Positions 10,194 to 18,872 of a stretch of DNA of 37,239 nucleotides are shown piece by piece. Under the pieces are notes generated by a model. It ran no database searches, was not told where the DNA came from, and saw nothing but the letters and a program-made list of their open reading frames with translations. A program made the translations under genes and the position numbers. Numbering within the stretch: position 1 is the first letter of the stretch; each line of letters opens with the position of its first letter. The DNA lies in NCBI GenBank assembly GCA_039589315.1, contig JBDHHQ010000065.1, forward strand, positions 1-37,239, written 5' to 3'. The stretch comes from Gemmatimonadota bacterium (lineage in GTDB: Bacteria > Gemmatimonadota > Gemmatimonadetes > Longimicrobiales > Gaopeijiaceae).

Positions 10194-10481
10194 ATGAAGG
10201 CTACGGCCGACATCCAGGTCATCCCCATCGGAGCCGGGGTCTCCGTTCGGAAGGAAGTGATGCGGGCCCACGCCGTGCTCAAGGAATCCGGCCTGCCCGT
10301 AGAGCTGCACCCCAACGGAACCAACGTCGAGGGTGAGCTGAGGGAGATCCTGGAGGCCGTGGCGCGCGTGCACGAGACCCTCCACGCCGAGGGCACGGTC
10401 CGCATCGCTTCCTACGTGAAGATCGGCACCCGCACGGACAAGGACCCGTCGCTCGCCGCCAAGATGTTCGATTCCTCGTGA
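10194..10481 (+). CDS. MTH1187/UPF0045 family (thiamine-binding-like) protein
   Basis: MKATADIQVIPIG..VSV, HPNGTNVEG, RI...KI.TRTDK; SD GAGG. Confidence 0.88.
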   Translation: MKATADIQVIPIGAGVSVRKEVMRAHAVLKESGLPVELHPNGTNVEGELREILEAVARVHETLHAEGTVRIASYVKIGTRTDKDPSLAAKMFDSS

Positions 10482-10506
10482 ACCGGCCGCGCCGCCGGCA
10501 CGAACG

Positions 10507-11829
10507 TCAGGCGGACCGCAGAACCCGGCGCCAACGGCTCGGATCCGCCCCGTACCCGGGGAAGACCGCTTCCAGATCCTCCGCACCCAGGTGGCCGTAG
10601 GCGATCTCCGCGAACACGTCCCGGAAGTCCGTGGTCAGAGCCAGGTCCCGCCCTTCGTAGAGCTGCTCCCGCTCGAGGCCCGGCCAATCCCCCAGAACCC
10701 GACCGCCGTTCACGGGGCCACCGATAGCGAACATTACGTTCGCGTGCCCGTGGTCGGTGCCTCCCGAGCCGTTCTCGGCCGCGGTGCGGCCGAACTCCGA
10801 CATGGTGAGGATGACCACGTCTTCCATTCGATCACCCAGATCCGCGTAGAGGGCTCCGATCCCCCGGGCGAGCTCCGTCAAGCGGCCCGCGAGCTGACCC
10901 TGGACGCCTCCTTGACCGACGTGCGTGTCCCAGCCGCCCAGATCCGCGAACGCGATCTCCAGGCCCACGTCCGCCTTGATCAGCTGAGCGATCTGGCGGA
11001 GAGCCCGGCCGAAGTCACCGTTGGGGTATTCCGCACCCGGCTCCGGTCGGTACCGGGCCGGATCGATGGACTCGAGGACACCCACGGCCTCGAACGCCTC
11101 GCCGGCCGCCGCGCTGACGGCGTCTCCTCGGTCCGTCCTGTAGAGGCGGCGGAACGCCGCGTCCAGGTCGCCCGCCACACCGAAGCTCTCCAGATCCGGG
11201 ACGGCCAGAGCCGGATGCGCGCCCACGAGCGAGCGTGGGAGGGCGGACGCCATGGCGATTCCCCTGAGCGTCGCGAGGTCCGACGCCATAGCGACCTGTC
11301 CGGTGGCGTGATCCGCCGCATGCGCCTCGCCGTCGCTCAACGTCCTCCCGTCGCAGCCGCAGCGAGTGGTTTGTAGCACGCGATTGAGCCAGCCGTCCTC
11401 GGTGGACTTCATGCCCGGCGTGCCCGTCTCCATGAAGTCCTGGGCGTCGAAGTGGGACCGGGTCGGGTGGGGCGAGCCTACGGCCTGAACGATGGCGAGC
11501 TCTCCTCGGCCGTAGAGCTCGTGGAGCGGCGCGAGGGCCGGATGTAGACCGAGATACCCGTCGAGGTCGAGCGCGCCCTCGTCCCCGGTGCGTCGTGGGG
11601 CGGGAATCGCGATGCCGCGGCGCATACGATAGTAGGCGTCCTCGCCGAAGGGCACGACCATGCTCAGCCCGTCCACGGCGCCACGCTGGAAGATGCAGAT
11701 CAGGGTCTTCTTGCCGGCCGGGCGGCCGACGCCTGCCGTCAGTGGCCGCACCAGGAAGTCCGGTGGCAATCCCAGGGCGAGCAACGCCATGGCTCCCTGC
11801 TTCACGAAGACTCTTCGTCCGATGACCAT
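10507..11829 (-). CDS. DUF1501 domain protein with Tat signal
   Basis: GRRVFVK twin-arginine; IFQRGAVDGL, RSHFDAQD, GGWDTH, SEFGRT..ENG..GTDHG, DFRDV; SD GGAGG. Confidence 0.92.
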   Translation of the reverse strand: MVIGRRVFVKQGAMALLALGLPPDFLVRPLTAGVGRPAGKKTLICIFQRGAVDGLSMVVPFGEDAYYRMRRGIAIPAPRRTGDEGALDLDGYLGLHPALAPLHELYGRGELAIVQAVGSPHPTRSHFDAQDFMETGTPGMKSTEDGWLNRVLQTTRCGCDGRTLSDGEAHAADHATGQVAMASDLATLRGIAMASALPRSLVGAHPALAVPDLESFGVAGDLDAAFRRLYRTDRGDAVSAAAGEAFEAVGVLESIDPARYRPEPGAEYPNGDFGRALRQIAQLIKADVGLEIAFADLGGWDTHVGQGGVQGQLAGRLTELARGIGALYADLGDRMEDVVILTMSEFGRTAAENGSGGTDHGHANVMFAIGGPVNGGRVLGDWPGLEREQLYEGRDLALTTDFRDVFAEIAYGHLGAEDLEAVFPGYGADPSRWRRVLRSA

Positions 11830-11889
11830 CTCGGCCTCCTCTATTCATTAGAGCCGGTGTCGAAGCCGTGGCTCCGACGGGCAGCTCGC

Positions 11890-13699
11890 TCAGTGCGCTT
11901 GGAACTCGGGTGACCCGAGGATCAGTCCGAGCGCCCGTATCCCGGCCTCCCGGTCGGATGCGGGCGGATCGCGCTCGAGGTCTTCTCGAATCACGGCCAG
12001 CAGCTCAGTGGTGTCCGCACCGGGGAGGATCACGGCTGCCAACCCCTCCACCACCGTCGGCCCCGTCGAGGCAGCGGCCACGAATAGGGACTCGGCGCCA
12101 GGCCGCACGCCACGGAGGCTCCCCGAGGCCAGAGCGATGGAGAAGTTCATTCGATTCAACATGGCGCCGCTGGACACCCATCCCGCACTGGCTTCCTCAT
12201 AGCCCGTGGGCGCATCTGCCAGATAGGGGGCCTGCTCCAGCGACCGGAGCGTTTCGATGAGCGATCGTGGGTTGATGATCTCGGCGCTCGTGACCCGTAG
12301 CGCGCTCGCCACCAGGATCACCGGAGACTTGGTGCGTGTCCCCATGTGCTCCGGCGCATAGAACTCCTCGGCCGTGAACAAAGACCGCGTCACCTCACGC
12401 AGGTCGCCCCCGGTATCCAGGAATACGTGGGCCAGGGCCTCGACCAGGGCCTCAGGCGGATCGTCGGCCACGAACCGAGTCGCCAGCTGGGTGGCGATGT
12501 GCCGCGCCGTGGACGGATGCGTGGCGAGCATCTTCAGAACCTGGCGGCCCTCGTCCTGTCCGCCACCGCCTTCGAACCGGTGTCCCAGGATCGTCTTCTC
12601 GCCCTTGTCGTGAACCTCGTCCCGGTAGACGAAGCCGTAGTCCCCTTCCCGCTGCTCCATGACCGCCCCGTCACCCTGCCCGTCCCGACCCCGTCGCCCG
12701 TTCCGTGGCATCTGGAGCGTCCATCCGGTGAAGGCCCGGGCCACGTCGATGACGTCGTCCTGCGTGTACCCACCGTCCACTCCCAGCGTATGCAGCTCCA
12801 GGAGCTCGCGGGCGTAGTTCTCGTTCAGGCCGGGTAGTCGAGCCAGACGCTCGTTCAGCGTGGCCTGATCCACGGGCCCACGTCCTCCGAACGGATGAGC
12901 CTGATCCTGGTCGCTGTTTCGCCGGATCGGGAACATGACGCCGATGCCACCCCGGCCATTTCGTCCGCGCGTCCGTTGAGTTCGAGGCCCGAACCCGCTC
13001 CGGCTCCCACGCGAGGCCTGTTGCTGCGCCCGCGTCACTCGCTCGCGGATCGCGGCAGTATCGGGAGCCATGCTGCGCCAGTTGTCCAGGTAGAACAGCA
13101 TGGCCGGATGGGATGCAGTGGCCACCAGCATATCCTCGAAGGAGCCGAAGACGTGCGGTCGGATGGCGCTCCGCTCGTAGTCGGCCACGAGCCAGCGGTC
13201 CGCGCCCTTGCCCCAGAAGACCGAGCTGTCGCTTCGAGAAGGCCGCACGAGTCAGCTTTGCCGCGGTCATCTCGCCCAAGACGCGGCCTGGCGCCTTTTC
13301 AGCGAGCTCACGGCGGAGTCGGCGTCGCTCTTCGTCATCCAGGGAGGTGCTGTCCTGTAACCGGACCCGGAGGGCTTGGAGCTGCTGGGGCGGCGGGTAG
13401 GTGGCGAACAGCTCGTCCAGCTCCATCCCGACCGAAGCGTAGCGCTGCAAGACGTCCTCCTCGATGGGGTCGTCGACCTGCTCCGGCCGAAGCTGTTCCT
13501 CGAGCCACGCCTCCACGCCCATGGCCCTGACTCGCTCCACGTCCGCTGGGCGGACGCCGAACGTGGCCCGGTTGAGCAAGTGCACCGTCTGCTGCTCCTC
13601 GGACGGACCGGGGTCTGACGCCTGGCCGAGGGAAGGATGGGCCCACGCCAACGCGAGTAGCGTTGCCGCCTGGGAGATCAGGAAGTTGTTTCCACGCAT
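11890..13699 (-). pseudogene. DUF1800 family protein, split by a frameshifting deletion at about 13222/13221
   Basis: N-terminal frame (signal peptide, HLLNRATFG...RAAFSKRQL) and C-terminal frame (VFWGKG, HPAMLFYLDN, NENYARELLELHTLG, YTQDDV, LGSPEFQ) are offset; the conserved FWxNHF motif is absent. Confidence 0.8.
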
Positions 13700-13905
13700 G
13701 GAGCCACCTCGGTATCTCTCGCAACCTCAACCCGTTTGATGCGGAACTGGCCGAAACGTTAAGACGGCTGGGGGGTTTGTAGGTGACCCTGGCGTGAGCC
13801 AGGCAACGAAGTGAGATTCCCCGGCCGCAGCCTCCGCCCCCTCGGCGAGGTGGGTCTGTCGCCCGGGAGACAGACAGGATTCCACACCTCATTACTGACA
13901 AATAC

Positions 13906-14448
13906 GTGAAGTCCAAGATCACCACACTCTCCGTCACGCTCGTCGTGATCTTGCTGTCGGACATCGTGACGAAGCGGTGGGCGCTCCAGGCCCTGGCCGA
14001 CGGCAACAGGATCGACGTGCTGGGTGGGCTCGTGCCGCTGACCCTCGCCTTCAACCAGGGCGCGGCCTTCGGGATCGAGATCGGCAACGATCCGCGCATG
14101 TTCTTCATCCCCATCACGATCATCGCACTCGTTCTGCTCGGCATGCTGCTGGTGCAAGCCGGGGACGACGACAACCTGCGGATCTATTCGGTGTCGCTCG
14201 TGATCGCCGGCGCAATGGGGAATCTGATCGATCGCGTCCGCTGGGACCGCGGCGTGGTGGACTTCATCGGCCCCATCGATCTGGGCTTCATGGACTGGCC
14301 CATCTTCAACGTCGCCGACATGGCGATCTCCTGCGGTGCGGTGATGCTCGCCATCAGCTTCTGGTTGGAGGAGCGCGAGCACAAGAAGGCGATGGCCCAG
14401 GAGACCGAGGGCTCCCTGGCGGATTCGTCGCCTTCGTCGGCTTCGTAG
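13906..14448 (+). CDS. lspA: Lipoprotein signal peptidase II
   Basis: DIVTK, NQGAAFG, GAMGNLIDR, VVDF and FNVAD catalytic aspartate motifs. Confidence 0.95.
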   Translation: MKSKITTLSVTLVVILLSDIVTKRWALQALADGNRIDVLGGLVPLTLAFNQGAAFGIEIGNDPRMFFIPITIIALVLLGMLLVQAGDDDNLRIYSVSLVIAGAMGNLIDRVRWDRGVVDFIGPIDLGFMDWPIFNVADMAISCGAVMLAISFWLEEREHKKAMAQETEGSLADSSPSSAS

Positions 14449-14483
14449 CGAGCACCCGGCCCCTTCACCGCTCCCCGCAATGG

Positions 14484-14517
14484 AAACCGGGTCCGGAGCA
14501 GCGTGCCCCGGACCCGG
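14484..14517 (-). terminator. Hairpin between convergent lspA and glnA
   Basis: CCGGGTCCGG (14487-14496) / CCGGACCCGG (14508-14517), followed by a short TTT on the minus strand. Confidence 0.55.
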
Positions 14518-14545
14518 CAGGTCCTCGTGAAGGACGCGGCGCCGC

Positions 14546-15964
14546 CTACAGCACCATGTGCGTCTCGATGTCGAGGGGCGAGACGTAGAGCCGGAACTTG
14601 TCGGCTTCCCCGATCTTGGTCTCGATGAGCTTGGCGTGGAGGTCCTCACCCACCGCCTCCTTCAGCCAATCGCTGTACTCCGCGACGTGGGCGGCCTCGA
14701 AAAGGTCATGGGGTAGGGAGCCCACGTTCATCTCCTCCCGTTCCATGGCCGTGAGCTTGTAGAGATCCACGGTCATCGGGTCGGGGCACGCGGTGGACTT
14801 CCGCACTCCGTCCAGGCCCGCGGCGAGCAGGACGCTGAACGCCAGATAGGGATTGCAGGTCGCGTCGGGGAAGCGGGCTTCCATGCGCGTCGCGACTTCC
14901 TTGCCGGGCTTGTACAGGGGGATGCGGATTGCCGCTGAGCGGTTCCCTTCGGCCCATCCGATGTAGCACGGCGCCTCGTACCCGGGGACCAACCGCTTGT
15001 ATGAGTTATAGAACTGGTTGGTCACCACCGTCAGCTCCCGGGCGTGATCCAGCACCCCGGCAATGAAGTGCTTCGCTACCGGGCTGAGGTGATGGGGGTC
15101 GCTGGAGTCGTAGAACGCATTGGTGCTCTCGTCCTTGAAGATCGAGAGGTGCGTGTGCATTCCTGAACCGTTCTCACCCTGGATGGGCTTGGGCATGAAC
15201 GTGGCGAACACGCCGTTGCGGCGAGCCACCTCTTTGACCAGGTACTTGTAGGTCTGGAGGTTGTCCGCCATGCGGAGCGCCTCCTTGTACCGAAGGTCGA
15301 TCTCGTGCTGGGACGGGCCGACCTCGTGATGTTGGTACTCGACCGGGATCCCCATGGCCTCGAGAGCCGCGACGGTGACCTCACGAAGGTCGTCTCCAAC
15401 GTCGACGGGGTTGATGTCGAAGTAGCCGGCCCGGTCGATGATCGTAGGTTCGGATTGAGAGGCGAAGTAGAAGAACTCGGCCTCGGGTCCGATGTTCATG
15501 TGGGAATACCCCATCTCGGACAGCGCCCCGAGGTTCCGCATCAGCACGTTCCGGGGGTCGGACCCGTACAGCGAACCGTCGGGGTTCCGCACCTCGGCGA
15601 ACATCCGGATCGCCCGGGAGCCCCCGACCCGGAACGGCAGCACCTGAGCCGAGGTGGCGATGGGCACCGCCACCATGTCGCTCTCTTGAATCCGCCGGTA
15701 TCCCTGAATCGAGGAGCCGTCGAACCCCATGCCCTCGTCGAAGGCTCCCTTGAGCTCTTTGGGAGTGATGGAGAAGGACTTCAGAAAGCCGAGAATGTCG
15801 GTGAACCACATCCGAATGGACGTGACACCGTACTCCTCGACGTAGCGCAGAACCTCTTCCGGTGTGGACAGGGACAGCCCGTGCCGGCAGTCCATCTCGT
15901 CCACGTACTCTTCCATATCGTCCCGGAAGGCTTCCACCTGGTACAACAGACCATCCAAGTTCAT
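14546..15964 (-). CDS. glnA: Type I glutamine synthetase (GSI-alpha-like)
   Basis: GFDGSSI, GPEAEFF, HHEVGPSQHEI, TFMPKP..G.NGSGMHTH, NSYKRLVPGYEAP, NRSAAIRIP, EARFPD..CNPYL; SD GGAG 7 nt before ATG 15964. Confidence 0.93.
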   Translation of the reverse strand: MNLDGLLYQVEAFRDDMEEYVDEMDCRHGLSLSTPEEVLRYVEEYGVTSIRMWFTDILGFLKSFSITPKELKGAFDEGMGFDGSSIQGYRRIQESDMVAVPIATSAQVLPFRVGGSRAIRMFAEVRNPDGSLYGSDPRNVLMRNLGALSEMGYSHMNIGPEAEFFYFASQSEPTIIDRAGYFDINPVDVGDDLREVTVAALEAMGIPVEYQHHEVGPSQHEIDLRYKEALRMADNLQTYKYLVKEVARRNGVFATFMPKPIQGENGSGMHTHLSIFKDESTNAFYDSSDPHHLSPVAKHFIAGVLDHARELTVVTNQFYNSYKRLVPGYEAPCYIGWAEGNRSAAIRIPLYKPGKEVATRMEARFPDATCNPYLAFSVLLAAGLDGVRKSTACPDPMTVDLYKLTAMEREEMNVGSLPHDLFEAAHVAEYSDWLKEAVGEDLHAKLIETKIGEADKFRLYVSPLDIETHMVL

Positions 15965-16016
15965 GGGCGCACTCCATGCGGTGCAGGGTGGGGGAATGAC
16001 GGGCTGGCCAGGCCCC

Positions 16017-16064
16017 AAAAAGCGAAGACCAGGTCGGAGGAGACACTCCCTCCGAGACCTGGTC
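16017..16064 (-). terminator. Terminator-like hairpin with U tract inside the glnA 5' leader
   Basis: Minus strand GACCAGGTC-TC-GGAGGGAG-TGT-CTCCTCC-GACCTGGTC-TTCGCTTTTT. Confidence 0.62.
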
Positions 16065-16120
16065 GGAATCGGTCCAACCGTAGGCTTCGGGCCCTCATGG
16101 AGCCCCGCCCAGCGGACAGG

Positions 16121-16145
16121 TTATCGTCGGCACGCGCGACGATAA
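16121..16145. promoter_or_regulatory. Palindromic candidate operator overlapping the glnA -10/+1
   Basis: TTATCGTCG-N7-CGACGATAA perfect 9-bp inverted repeat. Confidence 0.5.
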
Positions 16146-16167
16146 TGGGACTGCGACGGAGTGTCAA
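16139..16167 (-). promoter_or_regulatory. Sigma70-type promoter for glnA
   Basis: Minus strand TTGACA (16167-16162)-N17-TATCGT (16144-16139). Confidence 0.72.
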
Positions 16168-16298
16168 GACGGTGCCGGCGACCCGTGCGGTAGGTACCCG
16201 GATCCGCGCGCGATCGCTTGCAGGGCGAGGCCGCGAACAGCAGGTTGCTCGTCCCGACAGACTCGGTGACACGACGCCTGCCGACGGGAGGCCACGAC

Positions 16299-17300
16299 CT
16301 GGGAGAGCTGCGCAAGAACCTGTGGACCGGACGCTGGTCCGTGGTCGCGCCGGGTCGTGCGCATCGGCCTTTCGACACCCGCCTGGCGCGAAAGGACCGG
16401 CGCCCTCGTCTCGACCCTGCTTGTCCCTTCTGTCCCGGGAACGAGCACGAGCTGCCGGAGATCCTCTGGGAGCTCCCCTCGGCCGGCTCGCCCCCCTGGG
16501 CGGTTCGGGCCGTGCCCAACCGGTATCCGGCCTTCGGCCTGCCTTCCGCGGAATCGTCACCCATGGCCGGAGGAGAGGGCCAGTTCGAACCGACCGCGCA
16601 TCCGGCGACGGGCCGGCAGGAGGTGGTCATCGAGACCCCCCGCCACGACCTGGACCCCGCCATCATGTCCGACGCGGAGCTCGGGGCCGCGGTCGAGGGT
16701 TACCACGCGCGCTACCGGGCCCTGTCGATGGAGGACCCCGAAGCACACGTAATCCTCTTTCGGAATCGCGGGGCAGAAGCGGGAAACTCCCTGATCCACG
16801 CCCACGCTCAGCTGTACGCCGTTCGCGAGCCGGTGCCCGACATCGATCGTCGGTTCGAGCGGGCGCGCCGGTTCCACGCGGACAACCGCGAGTGTCTGCT
16901 CTGTGCCCTGGAAAGGTTGGAGCCCGAGGCACACGCCCGGATCGTGGCCGAGAACGAGTCTTTCGTGGCACGGGTGCCCTGGGCGCCGGTCACGGCCCTC
17001 GAAGTGTGGGTCCTGCCGAAGCGGCACCACGCCTCCTTCGCGTCGGCCGGGAGATCCGAGCGCGCCGACCTCGCCGCGATCCTCGGATGGGTCTTCCGGA
17101 GCTACGGTGAGCGGGGTGGGGACCCGTCGTACAACGCCATCTGGCACAGCGCCCGTATGAGAGATGCCACGGCGCCCCACCAGCACTGGTTCGTGCAGCT
17201 CCGCCCGCGACTGGCCCGACCTGCCGGGTTCGAGCTCACGGCAGGTGTGGACATCTGCCCCAGCGACCCCGTTGCGGACGCCGCCTTGCTGCGCGGCTGA
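16299..17300 (+). CDS. GalT-like nucleotidyltransferase (galactose-1-phosphate uridylyltransferase family)
   Basis: ELRK...TGRW....GRA.RP, CPFCPGNE, VPNRYPA, G.QEVVIE, FRNRG..AG.SL.HAHAQ, CLLC, AGFEL; start uncertain (CTG 16299 after GGGAGG, or GTG 16266). Confidence 0.85.
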   Translation: MGELRKNLWTGRWSVVAPGRAHRPFDTRLARKDRRPRLDPACPFCPGNEHELPEILWELPSAGSPPWAVRAVPNRYPAFGLPSAESSPMAGGEGQFEPTAHPATGRQEVVIETPRHDLDPAIMSDAELGAAVEGYHARYRALSMEDPEAHVILFRNRGAEAGNSLIHAHAQLYAVREPVPDIDRRFERARRFHADNRECLLCALERLEPEAHARIVAENESFVARVPWAPVTALEVWVLPKRHHASFASAGRSERADLAAILGWVFRSYGERGGDPSYNAIWHSARMRDATAPHQHWFVQLRPRLARPAGFELTAGVDICPSDPVADAALLRG

Positions 17301-17338
17301 CGCCCGGCCGGCCCACGGCGAAGGACGGACACCACCGC

Positions 17339-18634
17339 TCAGCCGTCGTCTCGCGGCTCGCCCTCGGGCTTCTCGTCGGAAGGCGCGGTACTCTGCGCTT
17401 CGTCCCCGGCCTCCGGGCTGCGCTGCTCCTCGAACACCACCCAGATGACCCGGCGACCCCGCATCCGTTCGACGCGGAACCGACCACCTCTGACGCCCAC
17501 CTGGTCTCCCGGACGAGCCATCCGATCCAACTGCTCCACCAGCCACCCACCGATCGTGTCGTGGGCTCGGCTCTCGAGGACCACGTCCAGCCTTTCGGAG
17601 ACGTCCCGCACCGGAACACCGCCCCAGATCCGGACCCTGCCGTCGGCCCGCCGCTGAAACTCGACGGGCTCATCCACCTCGTGCTCGTCCTGGATCTCGC
17701 CGACGATCTCCTCGAACAGGTCTTCCAGCGTGACGATGCCGGCAGTCCCCCCGAACTCGTCGACGACGACGGCCATCTTGGCTCGCCGGCGGCGCATCTC
17801 CGGTATCAGGTCCTCCACCTTCTTGCCCTCCGGGGCGAACTGGACAGGGCGGATCAGCGGTCGGATCTCCGTGGCGCCGGCGCGGGCCGCGCGCCAGAGG
17901 TCCCGTGCCAGCAGGATGCCGACGATGTGATCCAGGTCGCCTTCGTACACCGGCAGGCGCAGGTGGCCCTCGTCCAGCATGACGTCCTTCGCCTCTGGCA
18001 CCGACGCCTCGGCCGGGATCGCGATCACCTCGGTGCGAGGCGTGAGCACCTCGGCCAACGTCACCTCCTCCAGCCGCATGACGTTGGAGACGACCTGCCA
18101 CTCGTCCTCGTCGAGGGTTCCCTCTCGACGGCCGATCTCGGCCAGCACCTCGAGCTCGGCCCGGCTGACCGTCGGGACAGCCTCCTCGGGGGCGATCCAC
18201 CGGTTGAACACGGACAGGGGGACGAGCACCGGCTTCATCACCACGATCATGCCGCGCAGGACGTAGGCCGCCGGGGCCGCCAGGGTCTGCCAGTAGGTGG
18301 CGCCGAGGGTCTTGGGCACGATCTCGGAGAAGAGCAGGATGACCAGGGTCAGGATCGCCGAGAACAGGCCGATCCACCGGCTTCCCCACAACTCGAGGGC
18401 GATGGCGCCCCCCATGGCGGCGCCAACGGTGTGGGCAATGGTGTTGAGGGTGAGGATGGCCGCGATGGGCTCGTCGATCCGCTTCTGCATGCGGTGGAGG
18501 AGCTCACCTGCGCGCTCCCCCCGATCCCGGAGCACGGCGACGAACGAGTGGCTGATGGAGAGCAGCACCGCCTCGAGGATCGAGCAGAGGAACGAGATGG
18601 AGAGGGACAGGCCCAGTACCCAGACGAGCTTCAA
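17339..18634 (-). CDS. Hemolysin/CNNM family protein (DUF21 + CBS pair + CorC_HlyC)
   Basis: SFLCSILEAVLLS, ILTLNTIAHT.GA, SEIVPKTLG, TPR, VVDEFGGTAGIVTLED..EEIVGEI.DE, DTIGG; TTG after GAGGAG. Confidence 0.9.
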   Translation of the reverse strand: MKLVWVLGLSLSISFLCSILEAVLLSISHSFVAVLRDRGERAGELLHRMQKRIDEPIAAILTLNTIAHTVGAAMGGAIALELWGSRWIGLFSAILTLVILLFSEIVPKTLGATYWQTLAAPAAYVLRGMIVVMKPVLVPLSVFNRWIAPEEAVPTVSRAELEVLAEIGRREGTLDEDEWQVVSNVMRLEEVTLAEVLTPRTEVIAIPAEASVPEAKDVMLDEGHLRLPVYEGDLDHIVGILLARDLWRAARAGATEIRPLIRPVQFAPEGKKVEDLIPEMRRRRAKMAVVVDEFGGTAGIVTLEDLFEEIVGEIQDEHEVDEPVEFQRRADGRVRIWGGVPVRDVSERLDVVLESRAHDTIGGWLVEQLDRMARPGDQVGVRGGRFRVERMRGRRVIWVVFEEQRSPEAGDEAQSTAPSDEKPEGEPRDDG

Positions 18635-18872
18635 CGCACTCCTCGGGCCAGAGGTGGCATGCAAGCGGATCCCTGGCGCTGCAGCCGGTTGCGGGTCGAC
18701 CACCGGCTACCTGGCCGCGGCGAGGGGGAGATTGTAGTGTTCGGGCCGGAATCCGGACAGCGGGGGCCTGCGGCACCGGGGGTCCTGGGACTGGCGTGCC
18801 GGTAGAGCGCCACCAGTGCGGATCCGGAGGTCGCTCCCATCGAGCGAACCCCCAACTGGAATCGTGGACGCG

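Noticed and set aside
9975..10586. N-terminal 204 aa of the 771-aa K+ channel ORF
   Set aside because: Overlaps the MTH1187 gene on the opposite strand; the channel more plausibly starts at 9974
13215..13235. Programmed ribosomal frameshift in DUF1800
   Set aside because: No slippery heptamer at the junction, and a conserved motif is physically missing
16070..16135. Assignment of the glnA leader to the known glutamine-I riboswitch
   Set aside because: The characteristic CGUUG/CAACG P1 and GGAAGUAAG junction are not present; left unclassified pending an Rfam scan
15305..17110. 601-aa plus-strand ORF
   Set aside because: Antisense to glnA and out of frame with the GalT-like gene; no family features
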